A stretch of DNA of 64,000 bases, taken from contig OX597815.1 of NCBI GenBank assembly GCA_951406725.2, positions 90,458,001-90,522,000 of the forward strand, read 5' to 3'. This document shows, one piece after another, positions 12,753-26,603 of this stretch. The notes below the pieces were generated by a model. The model saw only the letters and a list, made by a program, of their open reading frames with translations, was not told the origin of the DNA and searched no databases. Made by a program: the position numbers and the translations under genes. This stretch comes from Octopus vulgaris. Its lineage: Eukaryota. The stretch's first letter is position 1; the number at the start of each line of letters is the position of its first letter.

Positions 12753-12999
12753 TATGACGATGGCTTCTCCAAAGTAACTCCAATAGAACAGCAAAATTGT
12801 TACGTCAAAAGAGTACAAAAAAGCATTTGTAAATGCATTATAAAGCAAAACGAATATTATCACAACCAGTCTTGCATTCACAAGAAAAAAAAACTTAGTG
12901 GATCGTCATGATGGCATATTGTGACCCCCATTAACAAACCTGCAAAATGGTTAAAATTCTGCGCGGAAAGTAGAAAGCATATTATTTATCTGGATTTTT

Positions 13000-14470
13000 A
13001 CAAGGATCAATACTAAGATGCCAAACCAATTTAAAAATTCCCTAAATTCAGCCAAGGTATAAAAATTATTATTTCATCAGAGAATATTGCCAAAGCTTTT
13101 GTAATAAAAGACACATCAACTAAAGCTAAGAGCATTAAATTAGATACAAAAGATACTGAAATATGCGAATTTGAACAGACCCGTCAATGCAAATACTAAA
13201 GCGAAGATAAAACAGATAAAACACAATTCATAGAAATTAATGGGGGAAATTAGCAAATAATACAACAGAAGAGTTAAACTAATATTAAAAACTGAAGTCA
13301 CCTGTAGAAATAGGATAACCTGAATTAATACACTACTCGTCCAATTCTAAAATAACTCTTCAGTATGTTACATAGAGAGTTAAGAGAATTACAGAACTTG
13401 AACATAGAAATAAGGAACTAATAGCGTTCTGAAGATATCATTTCCCAAACTGGTATGGGCAGAACGCACTTTCGTCATGCAAAAGACAGACGGGATATTA
13501 TACAAACCATGAGTCAATGTAATGCTATAATGAGTCTAGAATAATACCGAGAAACAGACAAGAGGAGTATCTTAAGAATCAATGAAGAACAAGCTAGAAG
13601 CTACAAGGTTTAGATCAGGACAAAAACAGAGTCGAATATATATTAAAAATATTAAATGCAAACTATTACCAACTCTTGTATGAAACAATAGGTTTTAAAA
13701 TATACAGAAAACCATAAACTATGTACAAATAATGATATAAATAGAATAATGAAGCAGAAAGAACATATCATGTTGTCGATACAATGGCACAATTCACCAC
13801 ATCATTTTCAGCTACTGAATGACTCTAAATTTAATATCGTCAGTTTCTGTTTTTTTAACAAAAATGGAAGATATCAGAAGTTTTTTAAATGTAAAACACA
13901 GTATATATGATACGAATTGGGTCTCAGGAATCTGTTTTTTGCAGTTATAAATATCGGAGATTTTGCTAAAGTTCTGCAACGTTTTCAAACTGCAAAAAAA
14001 TTATAACAGAAAGATTTGGATAAAGAAATAGTTACGTGGACGAGCTATGCAAAATACTAAGCTATTTAGGAGAGGAAATGCTACTTGTATTTGAAATATG
14101 GAAACCTGAAACCGAGAACTGAATTGGTAATTTAAAGAACAAGCCAACAAAATGAATTTCACACGGACAAATATTGATAAAATTCTGTCAGATAACAATC
14201 ACATTGTGAAGAATAAAGTAAACAAAAGTATTGACTACCTGCTAAGATAGTGCAGTAAGATAGCATTAAGAATGTATAAACGAAGCTATGAGTGGGCAGT
14301 TAAAAAAAGGGCATTGGGATCATAACTCAATTTGCGGATATGAAGTAACGAATAAATTGCATTAACGTGAGACAGAGACTGTTATGGTGAACGATGATTA
14401 CCGGATTAACAGGATTTTCTAAAGAAACTGACAACACTACTGAAGCAACGAAACCAGAATTTATCATAGA
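13000..14470 (+). mobile_element. Heavily decayed R4/Dong-like remnant
   Basis: TDNTTEATKPEFIIE at ~14427-14470 resembles TDRTIKANKPDIVV; LGLRNL at ~13916-13935. Boundaries are very uncertain. Confidence 0.4.
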
Positions 14471-15294
14471 ATACATTTTATCCAAATTCTGAAGATTACA
14501 TTCATCGATTATCCTAATGATAATAATAACAATAATTTGTAACGTAGACACAATGCTAACATGTTTGGTGCAGAGGTGCTAGACTATTAGAATGTCGTCA
14601 ATGCTTGAGTAGTATTTCATTTCATTGATCATAGAAGGCTTAAGGATGGAGTTAACCTCGGCAGAATTAAAAAATCAGGATGTAATAATCTAAGGAAACA
14701 ACCTAGATTAGAATGTTATCGCAGATGTCATTGCAATCGGTTGTACAGTAAAATGCAGTTTATCAATTTTTTTATAATGCTCCAAGTAACTTGTAGTCTG
14801 GTACACTCTATTGTATAGTTGGGTCGTCGGAAACTCAGGAACGCTCAGATTGTCTAAAGAAGAACATGGCAGGCTGACACGCATTTTCCAGATACCGTGG
14901 ATAAGAGGAAAATTGAAAACTTGTAAAATATTTCAGTGTTTTTTAGGGATACCTGCATGAACGTATTCACACAATCGAATACATATAAAGAATACATATG
15001 CTTGCACAAACAGTAATGAAAGATACGCCCTTTATTCTATTGTGACATGCACATTACCGAGTGCACCTTTATCAATAGAAATACACATACACACAACATG
15101 CACACACATACGTATACACCAACCAATTCATGTAACTACGAGCATCAACAGCTGCCATGAAGTAAACAACATAGTTTTACTCCCATAGCCAGTGGTCATA
15201 CAGGAAAACGTTTAAATTAAATCGCAAAGACCTACGCATAGATGCTTTAATACACACTGATATGTACGTTTCTGTATAACTGTACGCACATGTC

Positions 15295-15304
15295 TGTGTG
15301 TGTA

Positions 15305-15368
<64 letters not shown>
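15295..15368. repeat. (TG)n microsatellite
   Basis: Directly visible. Confidence 0.95.
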
Positions 15369-15371
<3 letters not shown>

Positions 15372-16719
15372 GTGTGTACAAACATATTTGTTATTTTTCG
15401 TACGAGTGGAAAAGACTCATATTCAATTAAAATTCCCAACATAATATATACACTGTATATATGTAGTGAAACATTTATAGCGATTGTTATTACTAATATT
15501 AATACTTTTATTATATAAGAATGCATACATATATATAAGTTGTGACATAGTAACAATGATAAAATTTACTACATCTCACTACCAGCAATAGATAAACATC
15601 AATAAGATATATATGTGTGTGTATGTGTATGTATGTGTGTGTGTGTGTGTGTGTATGTGTGTGTGTGTGCGTGTGTATGTATGTATGACTGTATGTATAT
15701 ATATATATATATATGATTTATATTTTCAGTATATACATTTCTAAATCTTTTGTCGGAATGACAACTTCAGAACATCTATGACAAAATATGAATTCTAAGA
15801 ATTACAAGAGACATAGAATGACATTTTAAATTCACAGAGCAATTTGATATTTCTTTTCATATTCAGAAATTTAATGTAAAATCTTCTCTTCTGCAAAACA
15901 TTAAAGATGACAATAAATGAAAATCAAAATTACCAAGGAGGCAGCTGCCCTCTTACGTGGCAATAACCTTTTACATAGACACGTCACAATATAAATGATA
16001 TTGTCAACAGTACTATTTTTCTTTCAAACAATTGTTGTTCAACAATGCAACACTTATAAACAAAGTAAATCATGTGCGTTAATTTAAACTGAACGACTTA
16101 AATATTCTGTATCTCACTTTAACGAAGGTAATTATTTAAAACGATTATCTTTCGCGCATAATATGCAAGATAGTTTTAATTGTTCCACTATGAATAGTAA
16201 TTAATTGTGAGTCTTTTAACCCACAACTATTATTTGGATTAAATCATCAGTTTCAGCATAGGTTCTTACATGCGTAATCATCATAATCATCATCGTTGTA
16301 GTCCCCATCGTCATCATCTTTGCTGCCATCGTCGTCATTTCCGTCGTTGCAGTATCTGTGATTGTTATTGTTGTCATCATCGTTATTGTTGTTGATTATC
16401 TAATCCGCTAGTAAATACTAGTGGTAGCGTTGGTGTTGATGGCAGCGGCGGTGGTGGTCGTCGTGGCGGTCGTGGTGGTGATTGTGTCTTTTGTTGTTTT
16501 TTTTTATATAAAGAAACGTCTCAGGAAAAATTCTAGTTTTTATTATCTCCGCCAAGAATCATTTGTAAGCATTGACACCTGGACTTATTCAAGTGGTGAT
16601 AGCAAATTTTAACAACGAAAGTAATGAAAGCAATTTTGAAACAAAGGCTATGAGCAGAATCCTGAAAGAAAATAACATGTGATATATCTATGTATAACTA
16701 CAATGATAAAATGTACTAC

Positions 16720-17600
16720 CCTGGCAGACGAATTCGAGGAGGTAGGTAAAGAAGTGATATATCTTTTCTTCTCGGAAAATGGCGGGAGTTTTCATGATCG
16801 TCAAAAGGGCAAATTTAAGAAGCATTAGCTGACTTATGTCATGAAGCGAGATCCACGGAAACATGATGGTTCAAACAAAAGTGGTGCATCATGCACAGAT
16901 CATATACCGAGGTACCGCTTAAAGAGAGATGTATGTTAATGAGGTATATATGAAAACGCTGGCCTCTACCGACCACGTGGTTAGTATGTTATCTCAAGGA
17001 GATGGTTCCTGATGATTGCAAGATTATTTCATATCTATACTCCCTCTTAGAAAAGAAATGTAACCAAATGAGAAAAAATTTCGCACATGACGTCATGTTC
17101 TTAAACATGCTAATGCAGGGTTTCTCCAAGTAATCCAATGTTTAAAAATGATTTCTATATTCCCAATTGCCTATAGAAAAGTCATTAAAGCGGTAACCCT
17201 GTTTTCGTCTTTTTTTTTTTAAATGGGTAACAGATTTAAGCGTGGGATGCATTTTAACTGGGAGTGACCCTGGAAGCGGAGGTACCTGTCCACTGACTTG
17301 AGGTCACTAGTTATTGATTAAAACTATCTGGGAGACGAGGATTTCCGGCACATAAGCTATTTCACCTATTTTTAATGACTGGCATATATGCATGTACGAG
17401 ACCAAATAGGATGCGTGATTCCGACGTTACGTTGTGGGTCCTGGGCGAAAATATTAGTGAAGGGGTTGCCTTAACATTAGCAGAGGTGTATGGCAACCAG
17501 ACTTCTTGACATTTTCTTTGAAACCTACCGTTCTTTAATGATCCTCCCTGCTCTATGTTTCTAAATGTTTTTTTTGTGGCCTTGTGGTCAATAAAGAAGG
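16720..17600 (+). mobile_element. Possible decayed L1/Tx1-like LINE 3' end
   Basis: Higher-GC block with LIKTIWETR (~17314-17340, similar to an ORF2 C-terminal IW..R motif), ending in a GGCC-TTGT-GGTC hairpin plus AATAAA just before (TTC)n. Confidence 0.3.
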
Positions 17601-17602
17601 AA

Positions 17603-17685
17603 TTCTTCTTCTTCTTTTTCTTCTTCTTCTTCTTCTTCTTCTTTGTCTTCTTCTTCTTCTTCTTCTTCTCTTCTTCTTCTTCTTC

Positions 17686-17757
<72 letters not shown>
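17603..17757. repeat. (TTC)n followed by (TTA)n microsatellite
   Basis: Directly visible. Confidence 0.95.
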
Positions 17758-18505
17758 TATGTTTGACTTTTGCTTTATATTTGTACAAGTTGGCTCCAAG
17801 TCTCACCCAGAGACCTCAAGAGACAACAGGGTTGGAAGTTCATGTTGTTGTTATGCCTAGTGTGCCATATATTTGGGGGGTGGGGATGTTGTACTAATGA
17901 ATGTCTAAAAAAAAGGGGTTTTTTTTTTTTTTTAACCGAAAATTATGTTTGTTTTAAACCTTGAGATTACATAGAGAGTATTTTGCGTAGGATATGAGCA
18001 GTTCCCATGAGCACTATCTTTTGAACTTCTGCCATTTTGGGGTTTCCTGGTATCTGAGTTAGGTAGCTATCAGCCCCTTTTGCTATCATTCCCAGGGCAC
18101 CTATGACAACAGGTATTGTTTTAGTCTTCAGCTTCCACATTTTGCTGATTTCTATTTCAAGATCTTTATATTTGCTCAGTTTTTGGTAGGTCTTGACAGA
18201 TACGTTTATATCGATTGGGACAGTCATATCAATGAGGAGGCATGTTCTTTGTTTGAAGTCTTTCAATATAATGTCTGGCCTATTTGCAACTATCTTCCTG
18301 TCAGTTTGAATGGTGAAGTTCCAGAGGAGTTAGATGTGGTCATTTTCAAGCACTGGGGGTGGTTTGTGTTCCCACCAGTTTTTTTCATGGGGCAAATCCA
18401 GGTTTTTACAGATTACCCAGTGAATATATTGTGCAGCTCTATCGTGCCTGTTGAGATACTCTGTAGGCGCTAGAAGACTGCACTTGGAGACCACGTGGTC
18501 AATGG
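17758..18505 (-). mobile_element. R4/Dong-like 3' portion (CCHC end + REL + 3' UTR) ending at (TAA)n
   Basis: ETIDHVVSKC, RHDRAAQYIHW, RPDIILKD, CLLIDMTVP, KLSKYKDL, VQKIVLMGTAHILRKILSM; sense-strand (TAA)n directly downstream. Confidence 0.9.
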
Positions 18506-19745
18506 TTTCATGAGTACGGGATCATGCCATAGGACTTCTTATAGGCTGTCCATGCTACAGTCAGATTTTTCTCTACAACTTTTACTTCATTTAGAACTGC
18601 TTTGTCTGTGTATAATAGATCATGAGTTCTTGTAGCCTTCTTCCTGCAACCTTTCTGTTCTTCTGGCAGTAAAATCTAGTTGTCAAGGTGCTTGTAAATG
18701 CCTCCTGCAGCCTCCCATATGATATATTAAACCTCTGTAGCCAATGTCCTTGAACTAAATCTTGTCCTGGGCCCTTCCAAATCGGTATTTTTCCTGATAC
18801 GTTACTCATTAATGCACTAGTTAGTTTTAGATCTGGCTGCTTCACACTCACTATTTCTTCCCTCACTTTATTTCTTTAACCATACTGCATCTCCTTTATG
18901 ATTGAAAGGCTTATCCCATATATGACTCCAGAGGTTTGTACATTCTTCTGCATTAGGTTTTTCTCATCTGCATTAGATACTTCTTTCTCCACTATTTATT
19001 TGGTTATAAAATCTCCTCTGGTCTATCTGAAATAATCTATTCTGTTGATATTGATCTTTTTTTTTTGATATCTGGAGGGCTTGCCTGCTACGGCAATGAT
19101 ACGCTGTTTCAACTCTTCCATAACTGTTGCAAAATCTTTGACTAAGTATATTTTCTTAAGTGAAGATTTTCGTCTTGTGTTTCCTAACTTGTTCAGTTTC
19201 TAGACTTCTATTCTACTCAGATCTTGGTTTAAAGTCTTCACTCTATTTTGTAATCTCCTTTTTTACATTTGCTCTTTTTAAATATTTCCTTGCGGATTAT
19301 CTAATCCGCTAGTAAATACTACCCCACCTGCATAAATCAGTAAGTTAGTGACTCTTATATTTTTAGTATCTATCCAACTGATAACAGAATCCAATTTCCT
19401 AATCATATCTAGCAGCTTCCTTCTGTTGGTACATTTTAACACTGGCAATCTTTTTCTTACTTCTTTATTCATTACTTACTGCAACTCATCTAAAATCTTC
19501 TGTTATTCTTTACTTAAATCTCTTAAGTCGCTGTTGTCCCTTGTGCTTTCCTTATTGGTAGCGCTATTAATATTTTTTCTGTGGGTTCGTCTATGGTTGG
19601 ATCTGTATCTTTTATGTTGTTGTTTGTTTTGTTTTTTACTGCCTGGTGATCACTTTATTTTGTAATCTCCTTTCCCTTGTTTGTACTTTTTTAATATTTC
19701 GTTGTGAATTATCTAATCTTCTAGTAACTACTACAGATTCTGCAA
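18506..19745 (-). mobile_element. Degenerate R4/Dong-like N-terminal to pre-RT region
   Basis: TNLLIYAGGVV, KRRLQNRVKTLNQDLSRI, EELKQRIIAVA, WKGPGQDLVQGHWLQRF; the RT core is absent. Confidence 0.75.
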
Positions 19746-19764
19746 AGATCAATACGTTAGTGTA

Positions 19765-20895
19765 TTATTATTTTTTTCTTCTTTCTTTAAATTTTCTCGC
19801 CGAGTGTTTTTCCGTACGCCTAGGGCAGAGAAGCACGTTGTATGAATTCCCGGATTACAGGCACAAATTCACAGGTAAAAGATGTATTCAAAAAATTAAT
19901 AAATAGATAAATTCATGATTGGATGTTATTTTCACAGTTAACACGATTTTTTGCACATCCTGTAGTGATGGTAAGCTTGGTATCATTTTCAAATAGGTTT
20001 CAGTAGCTATTTTTATCATACCTAGAGATCCTACAATTACTGGTATTGTAGTTGCCTTGAGATGCCATATGATTTCAATTTCTATTAGCAAGTCTTTATA
20101 TTTACTGATCTTGTCAAATTCTTTCGTCGCTATATTGTGATCGCAAGGAATACTCATGTCAATTAATAAACACACCTTTTGTCTAATCTTTTATAATAAC
20201 ATCCGGTTTATTAGCTTTTGTAGTTTTGTGGTATGCACAGGGAAGTCCCATAGGATCGACATATTTTCTCCCCCAGTCACAGCTTCCGGATGGTGTTTAT
20301 ACAATTTGTCAGCTGTTTTGATTTTATAATGCCAACATATTGTCCAGTGTAAATACTGGTCAACTCTGTCATATCTTGCATTATATTCTACAGGTGCTAA
20401 GACTCTACACCCTGAGATTAGGTGTTCCATACTTTCAAGCTTATCGTTAAAGAATCAGCATTTGGGGGAGCTCCATTTTTTTCACATTGGCTTGGTAGTT
20501 CCGGTTTAATAAGCTAATATGAAAACTTCACTCTCTACTTTTATCCCTAAGCTTCGTAACCATTGATGCGTGTGTTTCTGGTCGACATCAGCTTGTTTGC
20601 TACGAGCCAGATACTTGCCATGCAGAGATTTCTGTTCCCATCTGTGAGCTAATTTTTCATGTGCTTTTGTTTTTGCAATTAATTTTATTTTCTTTGCTGC
20701 TGCAGCAGTTGGCACATTTATTCAACCTAATTAATCTGGTAGGCATCTAAGAGATCAGTAGCGAATGTTTTGCTCTATTTCAGAATAGAGTAAAGTCTTT
20801 TCGGTCTTTCGTGTTTTTCAACAGGTTTTAGCATCAAGTAGTTGGTTGTTACATGGTATTTGGCCAGTCCGATTGTGGTGGTTTTGTACGTAAGT
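19765..20895 (-). mobile_element. 5'-truncated R4/Dong-like copy, same subfamily as 7121-9325
   Basis: LHGKYLARSKQADVDQKHTHQWLRS, ILWDFPVHT, CLLIDMSIPCDHNI; the 3' UTR (GCCCTAGG...ACACTCGGC) matches 9260-9290; short TAA tract downstream. Confidence 0.9.
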
Positions 20896-20940
20896 TATCA
20901 TCATCACCATCATCATCATCATCATCATCATCATTATTAT

Positions 20941-21498
20941 TGAGTGAAAGGGCAGTGCATGCTATCAAAATGACACTGGGATAAAATATACGAAGCCCGG
21001 TATACCCATCATGTGACTACCCGTATGATAAGGGTTCAACAGACACATGAATCACAACCATATGTACGTGACTTGGTGATCTCATATCAAAATAAACAGC
21101 GCATGACCTTGCAGATGCGGCCCAGCTAGAAATTTTGTTCAGGTCGAGTAGCCCATCCCGCTCAAGTTTTCTCTAAAGAAAGGTTGTTTAAAGATGTTGA
21201 ACGAATCACCCATGTTTCGACAGGTGAATTATCCAAACCCCAAACAATTCCTCTCAACGCATGGCTATGATGCTCCTGCACTACTGCTGCTCGTAACCAG
21301 AGATGTACATATCGTCAGCCACTAAGGGACATGCTCAAGTGGTCAAGGTCAAACAACGCACAAGCAAATCTGTGGTATTGAGCAGAATATTTACTGTAGC
21401 CTATCTTTTATACCAGGAATTAACAATGTAGACGATAGCACTTCCAATCAGTTAAGTAAAGAAGCCATGAGAACCACTGTTTGGTAGTGCATCAGGGC
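20941..21498. mobile_element. TAA-flanked non-coding element, copy 3 (full length, opposite orientation)
   Basis: Reverse complement of copies 1 and 2; bordered by TTA/TCA repeats on both sides. Confidence 0.85.
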
Positions 21499-21697
<199 letters not shown>

Positions 21698-21699
21698 TG

Positions 21700-22905
21700 A
21701 TGAAAACTCACAGCTTATTTTACCGGGTATGATGGAAAGTGTCTACTATCCACAGACATCAGACTAAGGTGACACTTGTTTACTGGTCATGCTCCAAGAA
21801 CCCTACGAATAATTCTTGCAGTTCCAAGCAACGCTGAGTTTTGTAGGTGTTCTACTTTCACACTTACACCGATCTTTTTCCGTCGTGCTGGTAGATAAGT
21901 GCGGATACTTCAAATTGCAGCAATTACTATTGGTAAGACGTCTATTCTTTTCATTGACACAACCTTCGTATTTCCCACTTTAAATCGTCATAGTTGTTCA
22001 GTTCTTCTTCTTTCACATTTATCCTGTTGTCACCTAGGCAAGCTGTCGATTATCATGCATTTTCTTTCCTTTTTACTCACCACAACAATGTCCGGTTTCT
22101 GATGTCTGGTCGGATGATCACTGTGGATCATTGCGTCCCACAAGAATTTTGCAATTCTCATTTCGGTGACTGCTGGAGTTTTCTGATACCACGTCTTTGC
22201 TCCTTGTTATCCGTGATTTCCACAGGACTCACAAAGGATAATTCTTGCAACATTATCATGTCATCTTTTGTATTCGCGTTATGCCAATTTCAGACATTCG
22301 CTAACGATGTACCATACCGTTTCACCCTCTCCCCACACATTCTGCATTTGTCGCTATCGGAAGTGTTGTCTATTCTGCACTTCATATAGTTGCTGCTTAT
22401 CGCTTGTTCCTAGGGACTGTTTCTTGCTTCTTTTTAAGTAGATTATTCCGCATTTCTTGAGTCCCAAATTCCATTTTAATATCTACTAAAACAGTGAGCC
22501 GTGTTCACTGAGGAACTCATTTGAGTCTCATCTTTGCCATACCGTTTCAAATCATCCATTAAGCGGAGGTGGTTGATTGCTTGGGATTTTCCTTTTTGAT
22601 GGTAGCCTAGGTTCATATTCCTAAGTACCAAGCTTAGAAGTATCATGCAGAGAACAAAAGGTAACGGAGATAGGCTATCAACCTGGAAAATCCCTCTTCT
22701 GATACCCGGGATGACCAGGCTTTTTCTGTAAGATGTCAGTTCAGTTTTCCATCCCACATTTCTCTCCAGGAAACATGTTACATTCCACGCAATTCCAAAT
22801 AGTTCTAAGCAATCGATGACCCACAAATGTGGAATGATATCATAAGCTTTGCCTTAGTCAGTCTAACCATTCCCAGATTTGTTCTTCTTCGTTTGTAATC
22901 TTGTA
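21700..22905 (-). mobile_element. Degenerate, internally deleted R4/Dong-like copy (different subfamily)
   Basis: RRGIFQVDSLSP, INHLRLMDDLK, DHPTRHQKPDIVV, VEHLQNSALLGTARIIRRVL; 3' end next to sense-strand (TAA)n. Confidence 0.85.
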
Positions 22906-22909
22906 TTAC

Positions 22910-23075
22910 CAGGCGGACAGCTACTAGAATCATTACCACGCCGGACAAAATGCTTAGTGCGATTTTCTCCGTCCGTGGTCGACTGTACCGTTTATCCTTT
23001 CGGAGTCTGTGAAACAAGTACCATTCGATGCAATCAACTAGGTCCCCACCCACATTTGAGCCCTGGTGCTTATAT
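22910..23075 (+). mobile_element. Degenerate SINE, same family as 36728-36930
   Basis: Shares AAAATGCTTAG, CCTTTCGG and TCGATG(C)AATC segments with 36728-36930. Confidence 0.5.
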
Positions 23076-24944
23076 TAGAAAAAAAGCTAAAACAACAATA
23101 ACAACTACTACTATAATAACTACTACTACTATTACCATCATATTATTTATCTATATTATTTATATTCCATGTTTTTCAATTATTTATTATGTTGTATTTA
23201 CAATGAATTGACTGGGTTAGTGTAATTTTCTATGATCTTTTCCTGATAATGTTGCATTGTATTTTAGGATTACTTTATAGAGGATATCAATGTAAGGCAA
23301 CAGCGGATATGAGAAGAGAGATCATCGGGAAAAGCTTCAGCCATGCACCTAACTCATTTATCTTCACTGTTTATTAAATTTCCTTGTTCTGCAACTTCTT
23401 GAAAAGTTGCGTACACACCTTATTCAATGTCCGCAGATACTCGAAGCTAGCTGCTCTTTTCACACTCAGAAATAATATTTTCAGATGGAAGCATTCAGTT
23501 TCAATACAACTGACAATATATAATTTGGGAATGGTTTTAACGGAATATCTGATTCTTGGTTTCCACATTATAGTTTTCTTGTCAAAATCATGGTGTGTAA
23601 TGAATGACTACCGCAGGCATCACGTCAGCGCATCATGTTTCAAGGGAAACCACGCTGGCAGTTCATTTATGGCTTCTGAGGCTTATCTTTCTTTTCTTTC
23701 AGTGAAATACATACATTGTTATCTTTCAAATTAACTGCCATTCTTAAAATTACTATTTGCCACGCATTTAGTTTCGTAATTGTCAGTCAAATTCTTTCTA
23801 TCAAGCTCCATCGTTAACAATTCCTTGTTCATTATAAAACAGCCACGAAATCGTAAATTTTAGTTTGAAATATGCATGGGTTAGAAATTGCATTTATTCG
23901 GTTTCAATGACGAGTATACAACTGTATTGACATGGTAGATACATATAAACTGAAATGTTTCGTTTTCTTTTACTTAAGAAATACGGTATCTGCTGTCAAG
24001 TGTAGCCAGTTTGCACACTGGTATTCGGAAATTTTGTGAAGATTGTGCATTCTTTAATATCTGTTTGAGTATGCTTCCTCAAGTATTTTACATCAGCTTT
24101 TACCATATTTATTATTCTCAAACTGAGAAATGAATGGTATGCCTGGGGTGTGTCTTGTAGTGGCTATCTATTCCTAAAAAATGGGGAATAGGCTTGAGTG
24201 TATATATATATATATGTATATGTATTATTCTGTCTGAAATATCAGTCGGTCTGAAGGGTTCTGTACAGGATAGATATTTCATTTTGAATTGGATTAATCG
24301 GCTGGGATAGCAGTTTAATTCGTTGTTGGTAACTCAAATGCTGATAGCGAAATAATTAAGACCTACATGAGTTGTTTGTCAACGATAAAACCAGCGATAT
24401 TATCAGTGTTTATTTTATGCTCAACTCTGGGCACCTCGTTGTTGATATCTCATATAATTCAAACTTGAAGGTGAGAGTCAATCGCATATTCTAAAATGTT
24501 GTTATGATAAGAATTGTAGTCTTACTGCTGCTTGAGCAATCATTTTACTGCAACATACTAATACTGCTTGTGGCAATTGATTTCTTCATGAATAATGTTC
24601 AGTATTAATTGCCAACAAAGTGCTCAATAGTTTTTAAAAGATGTGGAACTAATTAGGTCAATATCTTCAAATTAAAAAGAGAAGTTTCTTGATTACAAGC
24701 TTGAATGCAAAAGCCTACATTAAGGTAGAATTCTCTGATCATATTTCTAAAGTCGTTGCTATTTCAGACACAATGCGAAGAGTTATATTGTCTTCGGCGA
24801 GTGTTTCGATTCTTGTCAACACAATTTTTCATTAGTGGAGTAGGGTTATTATGTCATTGCTCTTTGTTGAGGTTGTTATCTTTTAGTTTTGCTTAAGATT
24901 TAATGAGAAAGACTTTAAAAGTTGTTTGGTGATCTCATCTAATA

Positions 24945-25100
24945 ATTGCTCTCTAATTTGGTGCAAAGCCAGCAGTTTTCTCTGAGACTGGTTAGTCTAT
25001 ACTAGTAACCCCAGTACTAGATTGCTGCTTTATTTTATCAACCTTGGATAGATGAATGACAAAGATAACCGCGACAAGATTTGAAATTAGAACATAAAGA
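24945..25100 (-). mobile_element. Degenerate SINE, same family as 36728-36930
   Basis: CCCCAGTACT...CTTTATTTTATCAACC is the reverse complement of the family core. Confidence 0.5.
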
Positions 25101-26013
25101 GCGAAGGATTCAACCAGCTCTATGCCTAAAGTGATGATAATTTCAAGGATGCATCACTCATTAATCTGATTCTCAAATTTAATATCAGTGTCTGCTTCCG
25201 AATGATATACGCGAAGATGTTGATGTGTTAAGATTCTCCTTTAATAATTGATTTGGTCATGAACAGGCTGCTCATCAATTACAAAATTATGATGTTATTT
25301 ACCTTTGGTTTGACAATAACTTACCTTTTTGACAGTTGTCATTGAATCTGGCGTCTTTTGGGTGAATTGAAGCAATATTTTGTGCTACGATTTTATTAAG
25401 CAATATTTCTACGCAGCAATATTTTTAATGTGTTATTGTTGATTCTATTATTTTAAAATTCTACATGCTTCTTCTGGTTTCATAATATTTGCATTTCTTT
25501 GTCTTCCGTTAACACTGATTCTGTTTACACTTTCTTCGACAATCATTACAAATTAACTTAATTTCTTGTGCTACGTCTGCATCTTTATTTTTCATTCTTT
25601 GAATTATCTGTGTGCTTTCGTTTTCGAGGACATGCTTTTGTTTCTTTTTATTTTTATGATCTTCTCTTCATATTAATCATGTTGTTTTTACTTTAAGCAT
25701 TGCTTCTATTCTGTCTTTTGTATTTTTCTGGCTATTTTGCAGCATTTGGTTCTTGTTCCAACTTATAACGATCATTAACTTCGCTTTCTTTCTACAGTTC
25801 AAAGTCGAGCTGCTTCTCTGTGACCGGAAACTTTCTTTTTGACTTGAAACTCACTGTACATATTTCGAAATCTGAATTACACCTTGCTTGACTTTCGGAA
25901 ATATTTTTTATTTTGCAATTTAGCCAAAGTTTCTACTTGCACCAGTCCCTACTTTCCGCGAAATATTTTATGTGCGTTAGCTATGGGCACTTTCAGAATA
26001 GGAACAGCAAAAA

Positions 26014-26603
26014 TATTGGATTATCCGATAAATAATGCGTTTTTTTAATTGCATTAGCAACACGTCGGAGGGGTCGGGATAAAATACCTGCATCAACATT
26101 CTATAAACGCAGGTTGTAATTTTACCTTGTCATTATTCTTAGTGCATGTATTGAAGAGTGCAGTTCGAATTTAACAGTTGTTTTTCAAAGCTATAATTGA
26201 AATGACAAAGGAGCATATTCGGCATATTTTGCTTTATGAGTTCAATACAGGCAACAACGCAACAGAAAGTGCGAGGAATATTAATGCAGTATATAGGGAT
26301 CGGACAATGAACGTAAGCCAGTGTCAACGCTGATTCCCGAAATTCATTTTTTCCGTAGTCTTCAAAATCATTTGGACGGAAAAGATATGAATTCAGTAGA
26401 CGAGGTCAGAATAGTACTGGAGGAGTATTTGTAGGCACAGACAAGTAAATTTTGGAAGTGGGGCTTTGCAAGTCTACTAAATAGATGGACGAGCATCGTA
26501 TAAAATGAAGGAGAGTATATTTTAGATTAAAAAAGAACTTTGTTCATCTTAATTTTGAAAAATAATAGTATAAAAAAAAAGCATTATTTATGGATGACCA
26601 ATA
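26014..26603 (+). mobile_element. Internally deleted mariner-type DNA transposon
   Basis: TA-flanked imperfect TIRs (TTGGATTATCCGATAAATAATGC / GCATTATTTATGGATGACCAA); N-terminal KEHIRHILLYEFNTGNNATESARNINAVY joined to C-terminal HFFRSLQNHLDGK...NEGEYILD. Confidence 0.88.

Noticed and set aside
12043-12911. Poly-F/S/L/E/K ORFs, and similar YI/CV/HT-repeat ORFs throughout the window
   Set aside because: Translations of microsatellites.
24250-25950. Strand-biased region possibly from an old minus-strand LINE
   Set aside because: Only vague motif resemblance; I cannot assign a family or boundaries.
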